A stretch of DNA of 64,000 nt from Camelus dromedarius (lineage: Eukaryota): contig NC_087437.1 of assembly GCF_036321535.1 (NCBI RefSeq), positions 101,806,001 to 101,870,000 on the forward strand, read 5' to 3'. Below, piece after piece: positions 1 to 12,060 of the stretch. The translations under genes and the position numbers were made by a program. Positions within the stretch are counted from its first letter, which is position 1, and every line of letters starts with the position of its first letter. Below the pieces are notes generated by a model, which saw nothing but the letters and a program-made list of their open reading frames with translations, was not told the DNA's origin and made no database searches.

Positions 1-1325
1 ATCACTTTTCTGGAAGAAGTTTTAATGTCTTTAATGTTACAGGATTATTATCAACTAGGTTTCCTCTTTCAGGAATGTTCTCACTTTTTCATTCTCATAG
101 AAATTAGGAAATGTAAAACCAGGTAAGAATTGGTTGAATCAGATGAAGAAGGAAGACTGAGCAGATATTATTAACTAAATGGAAATAGTGGTTTTGATAC
201 TTTCTTAACCTAGAATTATAAGAGCAATTTTAATAGAAATAGAGAAGTGACGATTGTATTTAAACATAGATAATGGATTCTTGGATTACAATGGATTATT
301 TTCCTAGGAAATTATTGTGAACTATTCTCTGGAAAAAAAATAATTACCTGAAATATAAATTCCGTTTTATTTTAGAGCTCACATGAAAAGGTCTTAACAT
401 TATTCTATAAAGACAATTTAGTTTCAGGGATGAGGATATTGGATTTCAGTTATATTTTAGAAAAAGGGGATTAGTTAGATGACTTATAAAGACCCTTCAA
501 GCTCTATGCTTTCATAAGTTAGTTTCTTTCTTTTTTATGGAATCAAATCACTTAACTTTTAGTTCCAGTCACAGGAATAAGATACTTGAAGCTTAGGGTC
601 TTTGGAAAGGGCTCTGCTATTGACCAAATCTTTAAAACTTGCCAAATTGTTAAGTTCTGTTTTCCTGTTTCCTTTAAATGGCACTTCCCCAAAGTACCCT
701 TTAGGACTCTTTGAAATGTTAATTAGCTAATGTAAGAAAAGCACTCAAGTAATGTTAAATGCCTCTGCTAATGTATTAACTGGAAAGTTCACGTGTATCA
801 GTCTTTTAAAGCACCTCTATTCTTCTGTCTTTATATGCAAAACCAGGAAAATACAACTTTAAACAGGAGTTCATTCATTCAAGAAAAATCTGGTCTCTGT
901 CAATTTGTGCTAGTGTAGCAGTGTTGCGAGATGCTAAGGGTCTTGTTTTGAACAAACATTCAGATTTACTGTCTTTCCAATTTACGTTCTCGTGGGGGAA
1001 TTAAAAATAGATTTTCATAAAAAAGAACACTGTGAGAGAAGGGCCTGAGGTAGCTAGGAATAGGTTCAGAAGACTGTGTGACTAAAATACAAACAGCAAG
1101 GAGAGATCAGACATAGGATGAGTCAGTGGTCTTCAAACTTTTTGAATACACACCTCATCTTTTAAACGTATAGAGTATTCATTCATAGTATATATAAACA
1201 TTTACTTACTTACACTAAGTTACTGTCTAAGTAGAAGCCCTAGTAGTATATGTTATCAAAATACACCCGACATAAAATATTAAGGTAAAGAAAAACACAT
1301 TTGAATTCATCAATGAAACAACAAT

Positions 1326-1361
1326 TCTTTTTTCTTTTTCTTTCTTTTTTTTTTTTTTTTT
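1326..1361. repeat. T-rich simple repeat / poly(T)
   Basis: (TTTTC)n grading into a pure T run, seen directly. Confidence 0.85.
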
Positions 1362-2269
1362 GCTCTCACTGAAAATATTGTAATAACATCAGACGGGCTT
1401 ACTAAAATCACAGGTACACATTTTCAATTCCATCCTCCAAAGTTTCATTTTTAAAAGAACGGCTCTATTCTTTTATCTTCTCTTTGGTCACTCAGTTACT
1501 CTTGCAAACAAATCAGAGTGTGTTGCATTTTTATGCTTTAAAATATGGGTTTAAAACTTCCTGAAACTCTCTTGGAAAATGGTTGAAAAGATCAGAAATC
1601 TATGTTGCTTCTTTGTGCACACTATCCTTTAATATCTGAAGGCATTACACATATTCAGGGTAAAGATGCAGGTTAATATATTTACATTAATAAAAATTTA
1701 AAATGATATTTAAGGTATTTTATTTGTCTAACTTTTTGTTATATCTGATTCAATTTCCACTGCATTTCATAATAAAACTGATATCTTACATTAGAACGGG
1801 AAATGTGAGTACTACATTTTTTTTCAAGTATAATGACATTAACTCCTTGAATCTAAGGGAGAGGGCTGACAGAAAATTTTAAGTTAGTTTCACATACTAT
1901 AAAAATTAGTTAAATGATGAAATTTATAAATCAGGCACAGATAAATTACAAAATACTAGAACATTATAAAGGAAAAGAATAAATGTAGGGATAATTAATT
2001 TCTCTGCATTTGAAATCTTTATTCTTTCTCCAGAGAACTTGTCTGACATATAAACCAAGTAAAAGAGACAAGAGAACTTGTACATTAAATATGTGATACT
2101 AAATTGAATATATTTCTCAATTCTAGAAAAAAAATACAGAAGTTTAATCTTTTTCTTCCAGCCCTTGATGGATTCTTTTTGTTCTCTTTTGGTGTGTGTA
2201 TCCCACTAGAGAGACCTGTATTATAGAGCAAGGAGGAGAGAGATCATGCAGATTTTTCTAATCCAAGTA

Positions 2270-2800
2270 ACAATTGTGGTTTTATTCCATCTGCAATAGA
2301 AACCCCAGTGAAAGTTTTAAAACATTAGAATGAATAAGCTGATTAACATTTTAAGAGTAAGAATGCTGACTCCTTTGAATGATGGATCAAATGAGTTTAG
2401 GAATTAAGACAGGAAAGTAAGTTTGGTAGCTATTACAGAAGCCTAGCTAAAACAAGATGAAAACTTGAAGTAGGCTGTTGGCCACAGAGATGGAGAGAAG
2501 TAAGCAAACAAACAAAAGGTATCAATAGAAAAGGTAAGAGAGTAAGGAATCGATGATTTATAAGATGTCCATAATATATGGGGAGAAGTAAGATGGACTT
2601 GAGAATTTTTGAATATTTGTACTGTTGGTTAAGTTAAAATAAAAATACCACGCTAGAATCAGTTTCCTGGAATGAGCTGGAGTGCATAGAAAAGAATATT
2701 AGCTCTGTTTTACACTTGCTAATTTTGGGATGCCAATTAAATATCATCTTAAAGTTCTCCAGCATAGATGGATACATGGATCTGGGTACACAAATTTGAA
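2270..2800 (-). mobile_element. LINE-2 fragment, highly decayed
   Basis: Purine-rich text resembling antisense L2 ('ggttttattccatctgcaatagaaaccccagtgaaagtttt', 'gtagctattacagaagcctagctaaaacaagatga', 'agagatggagagaag'). Recognised from recalled consensus; boundaries approximate. Confidence 0.5.
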
Positions 2801-2811
2801 CCAACAGGGCT

Positions 2812-2960
2812 TATGAATAAAGATGGAAATGCAAATCAAAACCACAATGAGATATCACTGCACACCTGTTAGGATGACTGTTATCAAAAAGACAAGAGAT
2901 AACAAATGTCCAGGATGTGGAGAATCCTTGTACACTGCTGGTGGGAAGGTAAACTGGTAC
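2812..2960 (+). mobile_element. LINE-1 fragment (ORF2 C-terminal region)
   Basis: 'gaaatgcaaatcaaaaccacaatgagatatcactgcacacctgttaggatg...gatgtggagaa...tacactgctggtgggaaggtaaactggtac' is the characteristic L1 ORF2 3' segment ([11 protein letters not shown]). Confidence 0.9.
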
Positions 2961-3479
2961 ACATCTTTTTCATTTTTACTTAAGTTTCCTAAAAAGTGAT
3001 TGTTTTTGCTTTCTAGCATGAATGTGATTGAATCTGAAAACTTCAAGTAAATTTAATGCTTTTATGTCTAAAGAGAAAGTATAAATGTTAAGGCCCCTAG
3101 AGTTTAGGGGTGCTGTGCCTTAAATCTGATTACTTAGAAACTGCAAGGAACATTATAATCTATGTCTGTAAACTGCCTCATGCTGACCTAGTATTCCCTG
3201 TGATGGAGCATGTGTTTAAATTACTCCTTTTTTAATGAAGATTTTATATTTAATGTATGTCTTATGAGCTATATAGATTTATAGTAAAAATAGGAAAATT
3301 TGGAATGTAACAACAAATAAAACATTGACAAAAATAAATTAATGATTTTTCCCAGGACTTAATCTATTAGTTTTTTGCATTTATTTGAAAAACTGTAGAG
3401 AAGGTGTTTTTCCCATCATTACTTCTCACTAACTGATATATTAAAGTTTCCCTTCTCTGAGGTTGACCAATAACCAGTT

Positions 3480-3825
3480 CTCACCAATATCCAGATTCCT
3501 TTTTCTTCTGGTTCTATGTGAAAGTCTGTGTGTAACTGGTTTGGCCCATACAATACAATGTATGAGGTATGACATTTTGTAGTTCAGGCAGTGAGGATGC
3601 CTCCGTCTGTTACCTCATGGGGGAGGCATTATGCTGACAATATAGAGACACAGTATTAATGTCACCAGAGTTCAGAGTCACTGCATGCAGGATAGCTGTC
3701 CTAAAGAATTATGTGATCTTGCAGAGAGCTTTGCATGAGTCAAAAACGAGTTTTATTGTTTTGATCCAAGTTGGCTAGCAGATTAATGCATTTCCTGGGG
3801 TTGATATATTTTCTGAACTAATACA
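3480..3825 (+). mobile_element. MaLR LTR fragment (MLT1J/I-like)
   Basis: 'gagtcactgcatgcaggatagctgtcct...gctttgcatgagtcaaaaacgagttttattg...ctaataca' resembles the MLT1J 3' half and terminus. Confidence 0.55.
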
Positions 3826-3891
3826 GTTCTCATTTTAGTGATATTTCTCTTTAGCCTCTTACACATTTTAATGCATCTTTATTTCTTCAAA

Positions 3892-4408
3892 AAAATTTTT
3901 TCAGTTTTATTTATGTATAACTGACAAATAAAAATGTATATATTTACAGTATACAATGTGATGTTTTGTATGTGTGTACACTGCAAAATAATTACCACAA
4001 TAAAGCTAATTAATATATCCATCTCACTGCATAGTTATCATTTGTGTGTGTTTGGTGAGAATATATATGATCTACTCTCTTAGCATATTTCAACTGTGTA
4101 ACTCAGTATTATTAAGTGTAGCCAGTGTATTGTACATTAGATCCCCAGAACTTATTCATCTTTTCCCAGAATTATACCTTTTAACCAACATCTTCACATT
4201 TCCCCCTCCTTCCAGCCCCTGGAAGCCACCATTCTACTCTCTGCTCCTGTGAGTTTGACTTTTATAGGTTCGATCTGTAAGTGAGATTAGGCAGTATTCG
4301 TCTTTCTGTGCCTGGCCCACTTCACTTAGTGTAAAATCCTCCAGGCTCACCCATGTTGTTGCAAATGTCAGAATTTCCTAATTTTTTAAGGCTGAATGGT
4401 ATCTCATT
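3892..4408 (-). mobile_element. LINE-1 3' end (L1MA-like), 5'-truncated
   Basis: T-rich tail followed by 'tgtatatatttacagtatacaatgtgatg...tgtacattagatccccagaacttattcatc...accattctactctctgct...cttcacttagtgtaaaatcctccaggctcacccatgttgttgcaaatg', the antisense L1MA 3' UTR. Confidence 0.9.
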
Positions 4409-4549
4409 AAATTAAATTCCATTAAATTACTTCTATTTAATGACAGTGCTTTTCTATAGTGAGAGACAGGAAACATGTATAAAGAAGAGAAATCTCCTGC
4501 ACTCAGGTTTACAAGGACAACATGACCCAGGTGCCACTCATCAAGGGAT

Positions 4550-4810
4550 CACGGCGCTGAGTTCATCTGCTGTTGTACCACACGCAGATGGCCTGCCCCT
4601 CGGTGGTCTTCCTCAGCAGTGACCTCGGTGGGAAGTGGTGTGACGCTGATTTTGGGGCCACGACACAGCAGGCTTTAACGACGGTGGGCTCCCTGTTAGC
4701 TGACGGCCGTGTGGGACCGTGGGACAGCAACCACAGTGACGGTGACAAAGAACTACTTCCGTCTGCGTCACAGCAGGAACTGGGACCAGGGATTTTTCCC
4801 TGCCGGGATT
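4550..4810. other. Small CpG-rich island of unknown origin with adjacent ETS and CRE-like motifs
   Basis: 16 CpGs counted in 4552-4805 against a CpG-depleted background. ACTTCCG at 4755-4761 and TGCGTCA at 4764-4770. Confidence 0.6.
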
Positions 4811-5713
4811 ATTTTCACCTAAAATTTGCACACTTTGTTCATTTAAAATTTAACTTAAATCATATACCATTATGACTATGCTATTCAATATGAAAAGAAA
4901 TTACTATTAGGATGTGAAAGTATTAAAAACTATGTTTTTTGAAAAAGTTACAGATACTGGAAACATCACAATCCATAAAAATTAAACTTTATTCAGTAAG
5001 TGCGTGAGACAATGCTACAATTTTTTCCTACTAAATTTGCTTCATATTTTTGGATTACCACATAATGTAACAATTTTTAAATATATTCTATAGAAAGGAC
5101 AGAAAAATCTGTCATTCACGGTTGATCAAAATCTATTTCTTACTACTTTTAAATTTATAAAAAGCTACCTTCAGATTTATTTGTTATTATTTAGATATTT
5201 TTCTTTTCAGATTTATTCAGCCACATTTTAGATTTTTTTAATTAAGAAAAAAAAACACTTTGTAAAGATGTCAAGATAATGTTTTATGGGGTCTGTAAGA
5301 TATGCAAGAATTTTCCAAAGACTATTTTCTTATGTCAGTATTTCAAATATTTTTTTTTTCTCCAGTACAGATGACAGGTTCTGGAGGGTGTGTTTATGCT
5401 GTATTATAACCTCTAGCCCTGCACATTTATTTCACAATGTCAGCACAGTGGGCAAAAGAAGTATTCTTGGAGGATACAACAAAGGTGTGGCTACAGTGAC
5501 AGAAAGGAAACATGTATAAAGCAGCTAAGTCCAGAGGAAAGTCACTGCAAAAGCACTCATACATATCCCACCCACCAAACCCAGCAAAATATATTTGCAA
5601 CTCATCTTCTCCCTCAGTCAGATCCCAGCACAAACACCATTGCATGGAGGGGACAGAGAGCGGAGAGGAGGGTTCAGAGAGAGGAAGTTAAAGAAAAGAA
5701 ATGATGATTGTAT

Positions 5714-6163
5714 GTATCATTCAGGGTTCTCCAGAGAAACAGAACCAACAGAAGAGTATACACATGCACATATACACATTCATATGTATACACACACACA
5801 AGCAGGTCGGTATGTGTTAAGAGATTTATTTTAAGGAACTGACTCACTGGCTTGAAACTGTCAATTTTGAAATTAGGAAGGCAATCCAGCAGGCTGGAAA
5901 CTCAGAGAGGGATTCATGCTACAGTCTTGGGGCAGAATTTCTTTTTCTGGGAACCTCAGTTTTCCATTTTAAGGCCTTCAAGTAATTAAATGAGGCCTAC
6001 CCATATCATAGAGGGCAATCCCTTTTATGTAAAGTCAATCAATTTTATACCTACATAATAGATACACAGTAGTCACATTTACAAACTAGCTTTACAGTAA
6101 CACCTAGAATTGCTTGTTTACAAAAGTGGGTACTGCAGCCTCGACAAGTGGACATATTAACTC
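5714..6163 (-). mobile_element. ERVL solo LTR (MLT2 family, MLT2D-like)
   Basis: 'cagggttctccagagaaacagaaccaa', then a CA/TA-rich stretch, 'gagatttattttaaggaactgactcac', 'aaggccttcaagtaattaaatgaggcctacccatatcatagagggcaatc' and 'gacaagtggacatattaac': typical antisense MLT2. Confidence 0.85.
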
Positions 6164-7724
6164 AAGAGTGCAAAATTCACAAGACTGAATGATAACATGA
6201 ACACACTGCTAGGTGCTAATGATAAATCCATGTGACTGCTTCATATAGAATTTGCACAGTAGAAAACACAGAAAACTGGTGACTAATGCATTACTGGAAG
6301 TCATCGTGTTTTCAGATAAAGTTTCAAAAACTTAATGGAAATCCCATGTTGTACTTTATGTGGGAGCCCAGCACTGGATCAGCTTGTTGGGGAAACAGAC
6401 AGTTAGGTAACTGTGCAAATGATGGTTTTGGCACTTTGGCCCTTCATCTTTTAGAAACTGGAACTGCATGCACCTTGTGAGCAGTGTTGCAGGACACAGA
6501 TCTTAGATCTGCCTTGCTAGCAGCTTACATTTAGTTAGTCCAGGAGTCCCTATATTTTAAAAAGTTCCTGTAACTAACCATGGAAAAATAACAAAGGACA
6601 TGGCCAGAAGATCCTAAATCATTTGAAATGACAGGATTCTGACGCTTCACATTGTCTCATCTTCTTGCTCTTTACATGCCAAATTCATTTTACAGCTTAA
6701 ATCTTGTATTAAAAATATTTTGAAAGTCAAGATATTGGAATAATGAATAACTAGAGGATTAAATGCATCATTATGATACTGAAGAGTCCATGAGAGTGCA
6801 GAGTATAGTATAGTGAGAAATATAGGAGACAGAGTGATAAAAGCAGGAATGAGGGAAAAAGTACAATTTTAGCGAAAACAAAATTTATAGTAGGCAAACT
6901 AATTTCAGGGCTCGTGAAAGAAAAACCTACTTTTTTTAAGGTGTAAAATCCTGCAGGCATGTTGTCAAATATCAATTTATATTAGATAAGAGTTTTGCAA
7001 TATAGTACAAAACAGAAGTCTGAAGCTTTATTCTGTTACTGTAGCTAGCTTATGCTTTAGAAGAAATCAAATGAATCAAATCTATTTATTTAATCCTTTT
7101 TGTCAGTAATATCCAGGGTGAAGAATTCATTTGTAGCTTTCTCAGTGCTGAGATCTTCACATATATTAAAGTAAAATGTAATGCCCTTTGATCCTAAGAC
7201 TTCTGGATATAGTTCATTTCTATTCATGAATAAAGGAGAGTTTCAGCATAATACATTTTTTATGGAAATTGTCTAAAAATCTATCAGTTATCAAAATAAA
7301 GACTTACTATTTCTTTTATTCATAGAACATATACACTTAATTAAACAATTTATGTGATTCACATTTTCTTTCATATTGAGTTACAGAAGGTGAATAAGTT
7401 TTTAAAAGTCCAACATATTTTTAGTGACATTTAGGAGAATGTGTTACAACAGCAAGAAAATAGTTTTTGTATTTTTCTTGAAGCTCCAAAGCTGTCACTG
7501 GGCTAACAGTCACTTTTTAGTCAGATAATGAAAAGGTGTCGAATCAAATACATTTTGCCCTTAAACTTTTCTACTCCTGAAATGGTACACATAATACAAA
7601 ATGGATGAAAACTCAATGAAGAGATATAGCATATTAAGGATTGCATCATTTTTGTTTAATAAAAATTCCAGAAATCTAGATCATTGATGGCAACTCAAAA
7701 AGGGTAGGCAGGGATATGTTATAA

Positions 7725-7845
7725 TAAGATTGAATCTTAAAAACAATAGGCTGAAGGAAAGAAGCCAGACATAAAAGGTTACATATTGTGTGGTTCCATT
7801 TATATGGAAATTCCAGAACAGGCAAATCCATGGAGACAGAAAGAT
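7725..7845 (+). mobile_element. LINE-1 3' UTR fragment (L1MB/MC-like)
   Basis: 'gaaagaagccagacataaaaggttacatattgtgtggttccatttatatggaaattccagaacaggcaaatccatggagacagaaag'. Confidence 0.85.
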
Positions 7846-8668
7846 GATTTCCACTATCTTTCTGCTGCAAGGAAAGAGAGACTTGAAAAGACTAGCACCA
7901 GGAAGTGCATGCTTCTTTATGGAAGAGACACACATACCTGTTCATCTCCATACTTTACATCTATTTCACAGGACAAAGCAAGTAACATGGACATGCCTAT
8001 CACTTGAAGACATAAGACAGTTTGGGTCCCCCATGTTTTCACAAGAAGGAGAGCCAGATGAGCAGTACTAGGTTCTAAAAAGAATGTACTTTTTATGTTA
8101 CATTTTTAGGTATGATCATGTGTTACTTAATCAAACCATTTATTTTATTTAAAAATACAGTTCTATCTATCAAGTAAGAAAGAAAGGAAGATAACATAAT
8201 TATAGAAAATTATCAGTTCATAAGACATGTTAAGAATGAATAAAATTGTATAAAATCGATTTACTATCTATTTATATCTATCATGCATCTATTTATCACG
8301 TTCTTTTTAGCATGCAGCCAAGAAGGCTAGAAAATATACAGAAGTATAATCAAATTGACTATCTTCAAGTTATAACACTTACTCTCGAGATTTTCCCCCA
8401 TAACTTTTCTAAAGTGCGTATTTGTGATAAGCAGTAAAACACTGTAATTTTAAATGTGATCAGTGTTTTTGAATTGCACATCAACTTTTTGGCTTTTATT
8501 ACACTAGTATTTTGATCTCATTAATAATATTCTGTAATCAAAGTTAATGTTAAATAAAGGACAGAATAACTACAGTCTTCTTGTATAATAGTATACATGA
8601 AATTGTAGTGATAATATGGTTAAAATTGTTTATGACCAAATTAAATAATAATGAGATCCAAAGTGGAG

Positions 8669-8691
8669 ATATATATATATATATATATATA
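8669..8691. repeat. (AT)n microsatellite
   Basis: About 11 AT units, seen directly. Confidence 0.9.
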
Positions 8692-9715
8692 AAATCTTGT
8701 ATATGTTTTAATTATGATGGATATTTTTGTTTCTTATCTTAATTTGAAATAAGGTTATTTTTTAGGTACAAAGCATTAGATAGTAGAGGATATAGCAGTT
8801 AGTAGGATTAGGAAGGGAAAGGACCTAGGAAAGAGACCTATAAAAGAAATCATCCCGACAGAAGCACTGATATTCAGTCCAGAGACACAGTCAGCCCATA
8901 GGCTGGGTCATGGATGAAACTGGAAGAGTAAGCACCCTGACATTACCATGTTCCCTTGTCCAAACTCCTTCTGGGGTCCCCAATGGCTGAATCTGTCTGG
9001 AAGGAAGAAGGCATGGAGTCTTTTCAAGTTGTCACATAGGTCAGGCTTCAGGAATTTGATGAAAGAGTGGGACGGGGACTTGGACCACAAAGTCAAACAG
9101 AATCTATCTGTAAGATATATGACCACTAACTTGTACTTCAAGGAATCTATTGCAAACATTATTTTATGAAAAATATTTTCTTATCTTTTAATAAATATAA
9201 GGGAAGAGAAAACAATATTTTTAAAAGAAATAATGGTTAGAAAATCAAGTTAAAATGATAATGTATCGGTAAGGAATTATGGATTTTGTCCTATGAAAAA
9301 TTATTTTGGAATAAAAAATATGAAAATGGAGAGATCCATCATGTATACACACATATTATTTACAGAATAGCACCATAATTTTTGTCTTGCCTGAAAATTC
9401 AAAGTGTGGGAAACACAAAATCTAATCTGTACATTAAAAAGAGACAGATAAATGTGAAAAACAATTTCTTTTCTCTGATAAATTACAAGTAATTAAAACC
9501 TTTAGAGACAATTTCTTTATACACTGAAGCTGTGCAAAATTTACTTTACCCAATTAAATAAATAGGCACAATTTAAGAGAGAACATTAGATCAGCAGAAA
9601 TGTTTTATTTTTTCAGAAGAAAAGACATAGATTAACAATTTACATCATTTAAATGTAGAAGCAATGTACTTATTCCGCATGTAGATCGTAATTTGTTTCA
9701 TTGCATGCATTTATT

Positions 9716-10155
9716 TGTGGCAAAGACTGCTTGCTGAAGTGCAGATGCATGCTCCCTTTCTGTTGTGCAGAGCTGTTTGAGGGAGTGAGCCACCTACCAG
9801 GCACTCCATTTCCTGGTTCCCAGCGGAACCAAGATACCACTACACGCTAGGGAGTGAATGGAAGTGCTGTGTGTGTTACTGAGGGTGGCGACTGCACAAT
9901 TCTCCCAAGGTTCTCTTCACTGTCAAACCAAAAGATGCAGGGGACTTGACCTGGGCCATTGTGAAGCCACTAGATGAAAAGAACTTGGGTCCCTGAGTCA
10001 TCACTTAGTAGAGAGCTGTTCAGGAGAGGGCTGCTTGTTGAGAAATATCAGCGTTTTATTTATCATAGGAAAGGAGAAAAAAGTGCTGTGTTAATGGACT
10101 GAGATCTTGGGGTTGTTTATTTCAGTAGCTGCTGCCAACTATCCAGTCTAAAACA
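9716..10155 (+). mobile_element. MaLR solo LTR (MLT1J-like)
   Basis: TG...CA ends. Internal 'gggtccctgagtcatcacttagtagagagctg' and 3' 'tgctgtgttaatggactgagatcttggggttgtttatttcagtagc'. Confidence 0.75.
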
Positions 10156-10349
10156 GTAATTGATACTAATCAAAACAGAAAAGAAGAGAGGAAAAATGAA
10201 AAAAAAAGTCAGTAGCAATTCTACACATGATCATGGTTAATGCTTATGTATACCTATATATTTAATGTTTACATTTTTCACACTTTATTTACAATAAAGT
10301 GCATATCATAAAGTACACAAATTTGGTCTTCCGTGTTTAGTCTGTTGTT

Positions 10350-11400
10350 CAATTCATTCAACAGGTTTTATTTATTTCTTTGAGATATTGTATTTAACAG
10401 TTCTAAAATATACATTTGATTCCATTTTTATAGATTAAAATTTTCTATTGAACTTATCTTTCATCCATTTGTCATTTCTTATACTGAGCATATTAATATG
10501 TTCTTCTTTATATTCTGATCACTATTTGGATTATCACTTCATCTATTTCTATTTATTACTAGTCATCTTTTACTTAATAATTGTGTGTCTGGTTATTCTT
10601 TAAAGAAGCAGAGCCTGACAAAGAGGGCTTTCCTTTCTTCTCTAGGAAGATAGGGTAAAGAGCTGATTTCGAATTACACAGGGACTGAACTGGGTTGTCT
10701 CTGGGCTACAGTCTTTATAAGATTCAATTTACCTTTGGCCTGTCTCTGTTCCTGGGGTGCCTTATTGTTGCATTTTAATCTTTGGATGGGGAGCCTGTCA
10801 GATTTCACTTTCCTCAGCCCTGAAAACCTGGGAGATTCTGACCTGGAGAAATTCTAAGTTCAACTCTAAAAATTCCTGCCTCCTCCTGTTTCTAAATCTT
10901 GCAAATATACTGAGGAGAAAAATAATTGCCTTTTGAAGTAGGCTCCATTTCTCTAGTGGGACTTGTCTTAAGTACAATACGATCATAGGAGATATTGCTC
11001 AGTTTACTAGTAAACAAGCCACCTCCCCGTAGATTGAGATTCAGAATTTGTCCCTCGGGGAAACTGGCTACATTGGGTTATTCTTATGTTGTCTGCTTCT
11101 TCCATCAACTATGTAAAGCTCGAAAAGGCTTACGGTGTTCCTCACTTCCAGTGAAGTTCCTCTGCATGGGCTAAGTCTGACCCAGAGTCAAGTCCTTTCC
11201 TGGTCCCAGCTTATAATCAGTAAATGTCACCAAGAGAAAATAGCCAAAACAGGATATTCGGTTAACAGAAGAAGATGGAATTCCCCATCTCTGGAATTCC
11301 AATTTGATTCATTGTTGTTCCATTGCGCTTTAGTGTCTTTAAAATTGTAATTTTTGCAATGGAATGAGCTTTTCTGGTTGCTGCAGTGGAACTTTAATAG
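10350..11400 (-). mobile_element. Ancient L1/HAL1-like fragment(s)
   Basis: T-rich antisense text ('gagatattgtatttaacagttctaaaatatacatttgattccatttttatag') typical of old L1ME/HAL1. Very decayed. Confidence 0.35.
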
Positions 11401-11639
11401 TTATCATGATCATCAGAATACAATATAAACAAATGAACTGAAGTATTCAGAAGGTCATAAATGTATTAATATAAGTTATATTACTATATCAGTTTCTAAT
11501 GTATCTCAGTGTTTCAAATCTTAACATATCCCCACATCAGAGTACATTCTCCCAACAGAAGAAGGCATGGTCCTTTAAAATATGAAGTGGTACTTCTCCA
11601 ATCTTTTTGGTAGCTTTGGTGCACATTTAAATAAGTTCA

Positions 11640-12060
11640 TAAACCTTCCTAGGGCTTAAAACACTATTATTATCTGGTTCCAGAGTGCTATTCTGACTTT
11701 TTAATTCCACAAGTTCCAACAGGAGTTGCACATCTATTAAAAATCAGTTCCCATCTTCAGATTCTGCTACCATGGCATATATCACCCAAGATTAGGATGC
11801 TCCTGCCCCATCTCTCTCCTCTCCCTTTTGTACGTGCCTAGCACACATTGATTTTTCTTATCTTTGAAACTGCCAAGCTTATTTTCATCTCAGTTCCTTA
11901 TCATTTGCTTGTACTTCATCTAGAACTATTGCACTGGTAAGCTGTTTCCCATCATTTAAGAATCAAATCAAATCAAATGTTCCTATTTTACTTCCTTTAC
12001 AATACTCAACCCTAACTGAAATTATCTTTTTTATCTGTCCTTTCTGTATTGCAAACTTCC
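11640..12060 (+). mobile_element. LINE-2 fragment
   Basis: 'cctagcacacattgatttttcttatctttgaaactgccaagcttattttcatctcagttccttatcatttgcttgtacttcatctagaac' resembles the L2a 3' region. Confidence 0.45.

Noticed and set aside
4563..4748. Minus-strand ORF with 'VVKACCVV...HHFP' superficially like a THAP domain start
   Set aside because: It lacks the C-x(2-4)-C spacing, conserved W and terminal C-x-x-H-F of THAP domains, and has no ATG at the expected position.
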